This document shows, piece after piece, positions 56,698-64,000 of a DNA stretch of 64,000 nucleotides (the first letter of the stretch is position 1; every line of letters begins with the position of its first letter). Below the pieces are notes generated by a model. It was given only the letters and a program-made list of their open reading frames with translations, searched no databases and was not told where the DNA came from. This DNA is from Eledone cirrhosa (taxonomy: Eukaryota). Made by a program: the position numbers and the translations under genes. The stretch is from positions 14,012,001 to 14,076,000 of the forward strand of contig OZ024752.1 of assembly GCA_964016885.1 (NCBI GenBank), given 5' to 3'.

Positions 56698-57397
56698 CGT
56701 TTCTGAATTTGTTTAGCAAGATTCTTTATCTGAAAACGTGTGTTGAAACCGATATTGTTATACTTTGGGAGGGTCATGTTGCCAATAAGAAACACACGCA
56801 CCGGAAGCTTTCACTTCAATTTATTATAATAAATTTATAAATTTAGGAATTTATAAATTTTCGGTTGGTTGGTTGGTTCCACAAACAGATGGTTGTTTAT
56901 ATATTGTCAAAGTTCTTTCGTCACCCATTCTGTGACCTCTTCAGTGACTGGGGATTCTTTTCTTTATTTTTTTTTGTTTTTTGTTTTTGTGCCTCTCCTT
57001 TGTTGTGTCCTACGCCATCTTGTTTCTGTGTGTGTGTCGTGTGCTCAGTCTACGCATTCGCCACATCCGGGTGTCTGTGTGTGTTTATATTCGTTTATTT
57101 ATTTTTTTATTTACATGTTACAGGTTTGTTCTATGTGCGTGTGTGTTTTCATTTTGTCCTTAATTGTAAGTTGTGATGTTGCTGTTCCACTCATGTTTTC
57201 TATTTAATTTTGGTTGCAATTCTTTTGTGTTTATTGCCTCTGTGATTGGTCTAAACATTGCGTCTTTTCTGTGTGTATATTCTATTTTTATTTCTATGTT
57301 CTCTAATTTACCCTTATGTTCTATTTTAGCATGTTGGTAGAGTACAGATGATTCTTTACTATCTTGAAGGTCTCGCCAGTGTTCATTTATAAAGTAT

Positions 57398-57400
<3 letters not shown>
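56698..57400 (-). mobile_element. PLE 3' fragment: GIY-YIG C-terminus, UTR, HHR, putative repeated ORF start
   Basis: INEHWRD..SVLYQHAKIEH..RPITEAINTKELQPKLNRKHEW; HHR at 56906-56948. Confidence 0.8.
56906..56948 (-). ncRNA. Minimal type I hammerhead ribozyme
   Basis: gtca-CTGAAGA-g-gtcac(agaatgg)gtgac-GAAA-gaac-TT-tgac. Confidence 0.8.
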
Positions 57401-57451
<51 letters not shown>

Positions 57452-57480
57452 AGATCAAAAGATGTTAAAAGAGCTCCATG

Positions 57481-57550
57481 TTAGTTATTATGCGCATTTA
57501 AAAACAAATATCATCATGCGATGACATTTGCGTTTTCGTCAGATAAAATA
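57481..57550 (-). ncRNA. Degenerate hammerhead ribozyme (PLE-type)
   Basis: tattttat-CTGACGA-stem II-TAAA(mutated GAAA)-tgcgca-TA-ataa. Confidence 0.5.
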
Positions 57551-57759
57551 GGGAGACATAATATGAAGGTTAAAAAACACTTGTGAATAGTGCAGTTTTA
57601 AATCATCATATGAAAAGTAGTTTTAGATTGATGTGTGATATTGGAAAAAAAAATGAAGGGGGGGGGGGGGTGGAAAGGATGAAAAAGAGGAGGAGATGAG
57701 AGTAAAGAATGGAGGGGGAGGATTATGATAAGGAAGGATGAGATAGGAGGAGATATGGG

Positions 57760-57845
<86 letters not shown>

Positions 57846-58138
57846 CTTTTATAACTGAGAAAAATATATTGTTTTACATAGAGCGGTTAAAAACCGTTGG
57901 AAGATAATATATAAATTAAAAGAATTTGAAAATTAACGAAGAGAAAAATTTTTAAATAATGTTAAATTAATGTTTGTATATTGAAGGGTTTAATAATATG
58001 TGCGATGAAAAGAAATTGTATATAATAATATATTATTTATACTCCAGTCCTACAAATTGTAGAGTGCTACTTATCCGTATTCTGCATTGCTTTATTGTAC
58101 TACAATAAAACCCACCTCCTAAATATACATATATATAT

Positions 58139-58183
<45 letters not shown>

Positions 58184-58442
58184 TGTATATATATATTCAT
58201 GTATATATATATTCATATATATATATATTCTTGTATATATATATTCATATATATATATATATTCATATATATATATATATTCATAATATATATATATTAA
58301 TATATATATATATATACATATTCATATATACATATTCATATATATATATATATATTAATATATATATATGTATATATATATTTATATATATATATATATA
58401 TATTCATGTATTTATATATTCATATATATATATATATATTGT

Positions 58443-58620
58443 AATTGTTTCTACATTAGGCACTAGGCCAGCAATCAACCAGTACATTACTGGTACTTTA
58501 TTTTATCGACCCCGTAAGGATGAAAGGCAAAGTTAACCGCGGCGGGATTTGACCTCACACTGTAAAGGGACGTAACTATACTAGAAAGCATGGCGTTGAA
58601 CTCTCTACCGATACTGCCAA
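58443..58620 (-). mobile_element. tRNA-derived SINE
   Basis: Core and A/B boxes on the minus strand. Confidence 0.9.
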
Positions 58621-58940
58621 ATAGTAATAATAATAAATTTGACGACAAAAATCCAAAGATAAGGATAAATATATATCAAAAATCCAAAGATAAGGATAAA
58701 TATATATCAAATATATAAGAAGCGTTAAGGGTGAAAGCAGCGATTCTTTGCTTAAACTTTAATCTGTTATTTTAATAAATATATATATATACATATATAT
58801 ATATATTCATGGATATATATATTCATGGATATATATATTCATATATATATATATTCATGTATATATATATTCATATATATATATTCATATATATATATAT
58901 ATATATACCTATATATAAATATTCATGTATATATATATTA

Positions 58941-59015
<75 letters not shown>

Positions 59016-59558
59016 TGTATATATATATTAATATATATATATTCATGTATATATATATTAATATATATATATATTTATATATATATACATATATATATGT
59101 ACCTATATATATTTATATATATATATATATATATGTTTACCTATATATATATATATATATATTCATGTACATATATATATTCATTTATATATAAACGAAA
59201 TGCCTGTTGAGAAAGTGGTTTTCCTCGTTCATCTTTCTGCCAGAAGCCGAATATTTTTTATGTAAGCTGACAGTAACTGATTTAGGAACCGCAGAAACCA
59301 AAAAGCTGGAATTTACCATCATTCTAGCGGGTCCAGGTAAAGATTTTTCATTCATTTATATTATTATTGTCTGAGCCGAATTTTCCTGGTCGTTTTTTTT
59401 ACGGCTGTGCGAGTGATTTTAAGCATTGTCTCCGTGTGTTGGTATTTAAACGATACTTATAGCTCTGGTTATCCAAACTATTGAGCCCTTTGCCACGCAT
59501 TTCGAAGATTGTGTTTCGTTATTTCGTGGGCCGAAATTCCGATTCACGATAATTTATT

Positions 59559-59628
<70 letters not shown>

Positions 59629-60136
59629 CATATATTTATATACATATATATATATACCTATATATATATATATTCATGTATATATATATATTCATGTATA
59701 TATATATATTCATATATATATATATATTCATGTATATATATATTCATATATATATATATATACCTATATATATATATATTCATGTACATATATATTCACA
59801 TATATATATATTCATGTATATATATATATTCATGTATATATATATTCATATATATATATATTCATGTATATATATATTCATATATATATATATATTCATA
59901 TATATATATATTCATGTATATATATATTCATAGTATTAGTTATACTATTTATGGTTATGTAAATACAAAACCTTATGCAGTTATAAGTATTTTACACACA
60001 CCCTAAATAGTGGTAGGCAGTAATGTATTACTACCTTATTACCAGTAAGTTAAGTAGCTCAATGTAAAAACATCAGATGATTTACAGAGCAGTTATATGA
60101 AATATAAGAATCAAAGAACTGTTCAAAACATTATTG

Positions 60137-60183
60137 TGCTTACAGCTGTTTCCTCCAAACCGAGGTTTGTATTCTTCGGAGCA
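60137..60183 (-). ncRNA. Degenerate hammerhead ribozyme
   Basis: tgct-CCGAAGA-..caaacc(tc)ggtttg..-GAAA-cagctg-TA-agca. Confidence 0.55.
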
Positions 60184-60637
60184 ATTTATTAATGCATGGA
60201 CAGTTATATGACCTCCTTTTCAGCCGAGAGACATACGGATATATATTCAAACATTGTGGGTCAACATTCATTACAGAATTTAGAGTGGCAGTACACACTT
60301 CGAGATTACATTTATATTAAGAGGTACAATCAAAAATCAAAAATACAGGTTAAAATACAACAAGAAGATAAGCGGTTATATAGTGCAGATGTTATATGTG
60401 TGGCACGCATGTGCGTCTTGTTTATATAGTGTGGCAGAGAGATATGTGTGGTAGAGGCACTTAGGTAGGTAAACAAGAGTGTTAGGTTGGTAGATCTGGT
60501 GGCAAATTCTTTATATGATTATATATATTCATATATATATATACCAATATATATTTGTATAATTCTTTATATGATTATATATATTCATATATATATATAT
60601 ATATACCAATACATATATATATTCATGTATATATATT

Positions 60638-60684
<47 letters not shown>

Positions 60685-60862
60685 ATATATAGTTTCAGAA
60701 CACCCCGTTAAGGGTGAAAGAAGCGATTCTTTGCTTAAACTTTAATGTGTTATTTTAATAAATATTTGCTCTACGGTTCTCATATATTTCATATATATTT
60801 ATCCTTATCGAGCCCTCTTTGGATTTTAGTCTTCAAATTTATTATTATTACTATACATATAC

Positions 60863-60893
<31 letters not shown>

Positions 60894-60925
60894 CATATAT
60901 ATATATATATACAAATATATATACA

Positions 60926-61158
60926 TATCATCATTATCATCATTTTACGTCCGCTTTTCCCTGCTTGCAAGGGTGGGATGGGAACTGATTCTGGGTTGAT
61001 TTCGACAGCTAGATGCCCTTCCTAACACCAACCTCATTTTAGAGTGAGTGCTGGGTGCTTTTTTGCCGTGGCACCTCCATGATCACTTTGCAGTGGAAAG
61101 ATAGGGACCCCAGTCCCTATCATCTCATTTCTAAAGCTGAGTAAACTGGAGCAATGTG
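60926..61158 (-). mobile_element. Fragments of other SINE families
   Basis: (CAT)n tail with acgtccgcttttcc..gatgcccttccta; ctggagcaatgtgaaataaagtgtcttgctcaa CORE-like segment. Confidence 0.55.
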
Positions 61159-61175
61159 AAATAAAGTGTCTTGCT

Positions 61176-61221
<46 letters not shown>

Positions 61222-61225
<4 letters not shown>

Positions 61226-61835
61226 CAGGTCACCAGTTGGTGCTACTGGTAACATGTATCCCAGTACAATCTGTCTCATGGTCGTGTCATTGGCGACTAA
61301 ACTGGCAACCCCACCAAGGTTTCTTGGTGAGGCGGATGACTTTGGACATCCTGCAGGACTAAAAGCAGAACCTGTCAAAGGGCAAAGGAGCTCGTAAGAG
61401 TCAATGGCTATCCAAAATAACCGGGAGAGATGACCCCTTAACCTTTGTCAAGGCAGAATTCTAGGAGAAGGAAAACTTTTATATAACACCTGCAACCCTG
61501 ATGGTATCCAATGATGTTGACTTGTTCTTCTTTTTGGTAAATATCATCTTGGTTAAGAGAGTGGGACTGGCTTTGTGCAGTGCCTTTGCTCACTATAAAG
61601 CTTCAGGGCACAGGCATTGCTTTATATCTGGAGATCTCTCTACACTTGTCTTCACATGGTACCATGGGCCAAGCACTATGCGTCAAATAATTGTCACAGG
61701 TGTAGTGTTTGTACCAGAGTTTTCAAGTCGCTGGCTGGACTAAAAAGTCACACTCATTCAGCGCATCGGTAGGAGTTCTCCTACATGGATATACAGTAGT
61801 GGCCGTACTCGAAAACGAGTTGGCAGCCAACATAA
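61222..61835 (+). mobile_element. RTE-like element: putative 5' leader joined to 3' end with C2H2 finger
   Basis: [23 protein letters not shown]; 3' stem gtactcgaaaacgagttggcagcc. Confidence 0.65.
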
Positions 61836-61865
61836 ATATATATATAAGTGTATATATATATGTAT

Positions 61866-61928
<63 letters not shown>

Positions 61929-61935
61929 GATAGAT

Positions 61936-61975
<40 letters not shown>

Positions 61976-62015
61976 GTACATGCACATATTTATATATATA
62001 TATGCATATATATAT

Positions 62016-62046
<31 letters not shown>

Positions 62047-62223
62047 CATGCACATATTTATATATACATATACATATATATATATATACATGTATATATT
62101 TATATATACATGTATATATATGTGTATATATATATATATATATACACATATATATACATGGATATATATATATATACATGTATATATATATATATATACA
62201 CATATATATACATGTATATATAT

Positions 62224-62278
<55 letters not shown>

Positions 62279-62293
62279 CACATATATATGTAT

Positions 62294-62358
<65 letters not shown>

Positions 62359-62404
62359 CACATATATATGTATATATAAATGTATATATATACATATGTA
62401 TATA

Positions 62405-63649
62405 TAGAATATAATATGTTGAGAAGGTAACACACCAGAGAGAGATATATAGTGCGTTATCAATAATACAGGGAAAAAACCCACCAGTGTATGGAATCTA
62501 TAACCTATGAAAGGCAGACTATAGACACGATAATTAAAAATATAAATTAAAGCGTAAATAAATACCTCTATAACTATATAACACACGTACAAATCCAGAG
62601 ATATGTTTCGCCAGAAAATTTGTTGAAAGAAATGTTAGTCTCGGCTCATCAGCGTGTGTAAGGCTATACATTTCAGACAACACTAAGAGAATTTTACAAT
62701 TGACTGTCCAGCTACACGTGGGAGAGAGAATTCACAGCGTGTTTAAGGGCAGTGAACCAGTGGCCTCTGAGAGACGAACTGCTAGAAAGGGCAGCCCAAA
62801 GCCACTCAGAGAAGAGTGCTCAACCAAACAGAGAGGGAAAAGGCTGTTGTTAGGAGCGAAATATCACGATAAATTAACGGAGGCATAGGCCGTCGTTATT
62901 CCCTGTAAATAATGTGCTCAAAGGGGAAGAGATCCTGAGCCCTTTAGAATATAATATGTTGAGAAGGTAACACACCAGAGAGAGATATATAGTGCGTTAT
63001 CAATAATACAGGGAAAAAACCACCAGTGTATGGAATCTATAACCTATGAAAGGCAGACTATAGACACGATAATTAAAAATATAAATTAAAGCGTTAATTT
63101 ATCGTGATATTTCGCTCCTAACAACAGCCTTTCCTATCTCTGTTTGGTTGAGCACTCTTCTCTGAGTGGCTTTGGGCTGCCCTTTCTAGCAGTTCGTCTC
63201 TCAGAGGCCACTGGTTCACTGCCCTTAAACACGCTGTGACTTCTCTCTCCCACGTGTAGCTGGACAGTCAATTGTAAAATTCTCTTAGTGTTGTCTGAAA
63301 TGTATAGCCTTACACACGCTGATGAACCGAGACTAACATTTCTTTCAACAAATTTTCTGGCGAAACATATCTCTGGATTTGTACGTGTGTTATATAGTTA
63401 TAGAGGTATTTATTTACGCTTTAATTTATATTTTTAATTATCGTGTCTATAGTCTGCCTTTCATAGGTTATAGATTCCATACACTGGTGGTTTTTTCCCT
63501 GTATTATTGATAACGCACTATATATCTCTCTCTGGTGTGTTACCTTCTGAACATATTATATTCTAAAGGGCTCAGGATCTCTTCCCCTTTGAGCACATTA
63601 TTTACAGGGAATAACGACGGCCTATGCCTCCGTTAATTTATCGTGATAT
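62405..63649. mobile_element. Retrozyme-like element C: ~540-bp HHR unit in two divergent arms
   Basis: Period 540 (62405 vs 62945), inversion at ~63092, right arm one unit plus ~19 bp; HHRs at 62581-62659(-) and 63312-63390(+). Confidence 0.85.
62581..62659 (-). ncRNA. Type I hammerhead ribozyme with full stem III
   Basis: acacacg-CTGATGA-gcc..ggc-GAAA-catatc(tctg)gatttg-TA-cgtgtgt. Confidence 0.88.
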
Positions 63650-63661
63650 GTATATATATAT

Positions 63662-63778
<117 letters not shown>

Positions 63779-63822
63779 TGTATATACATGTATATATATA
63801 CATGTATATATATATATATATA

Positions 63823-64000
63823 TGGTGGCTGCCAACTCGTTTTCGAGTACGGCCACTACTTTATATCCATGTAGGAGAACCCCTACCGATGCGCTGAACG
63901 AATGTGACTTTTTAGTCCAGCCAGCGACTTGAAAACTCTGGTACAAAGGCTACACTTGTGACCATTATTGACACATAGTGCTGGGCCCATGGTACCATGT
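63823..64000 (-). mobile_element. RTE-like 3' end, copy of 61655-61830
   Basis: Reverse-complement homology. Confidence 0.8.

Overview
AT-rich eukaryotic genomic DNA dense in microsatellites and transposons. The repeat content (tRNA-derived SINEs, R4/Dong-, RTE-, CRE- and CR1-like LINE remnants, huge (TA)n tracts) looks cephalopod/octopus-like; this is inferred from repeat similarity, not proven. No host protein-coding gene could be supported, and most long ORFs are microsatellite artefacts. Recognisable elements: about 20 SINE copies, several decayed non-LTR retrotransposons, a decayed Helitron Rep, a non-autonomous Helitron, a hATm-like transposon, a hAT MITE, a U2 snRNA pseudogene and Penelope-like element (PLE) remnants with GIY-YIG domains. 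The main signal is more than 25 type I hammerhead ribozyme (HHR) motifs read by eye. Many lie in PLE terminal repeats. Three mutually unrelated, apparently non-coding units of ~485, ~540 and ~560 bp each carry one HHR and share one architecture: circularly permuted tandem multimers in two divergent arms, inserted in (TA)n. This suggests retrozyme-like elements copied from circular or multimeric RNA and mobilised by PLE machinery (inference).
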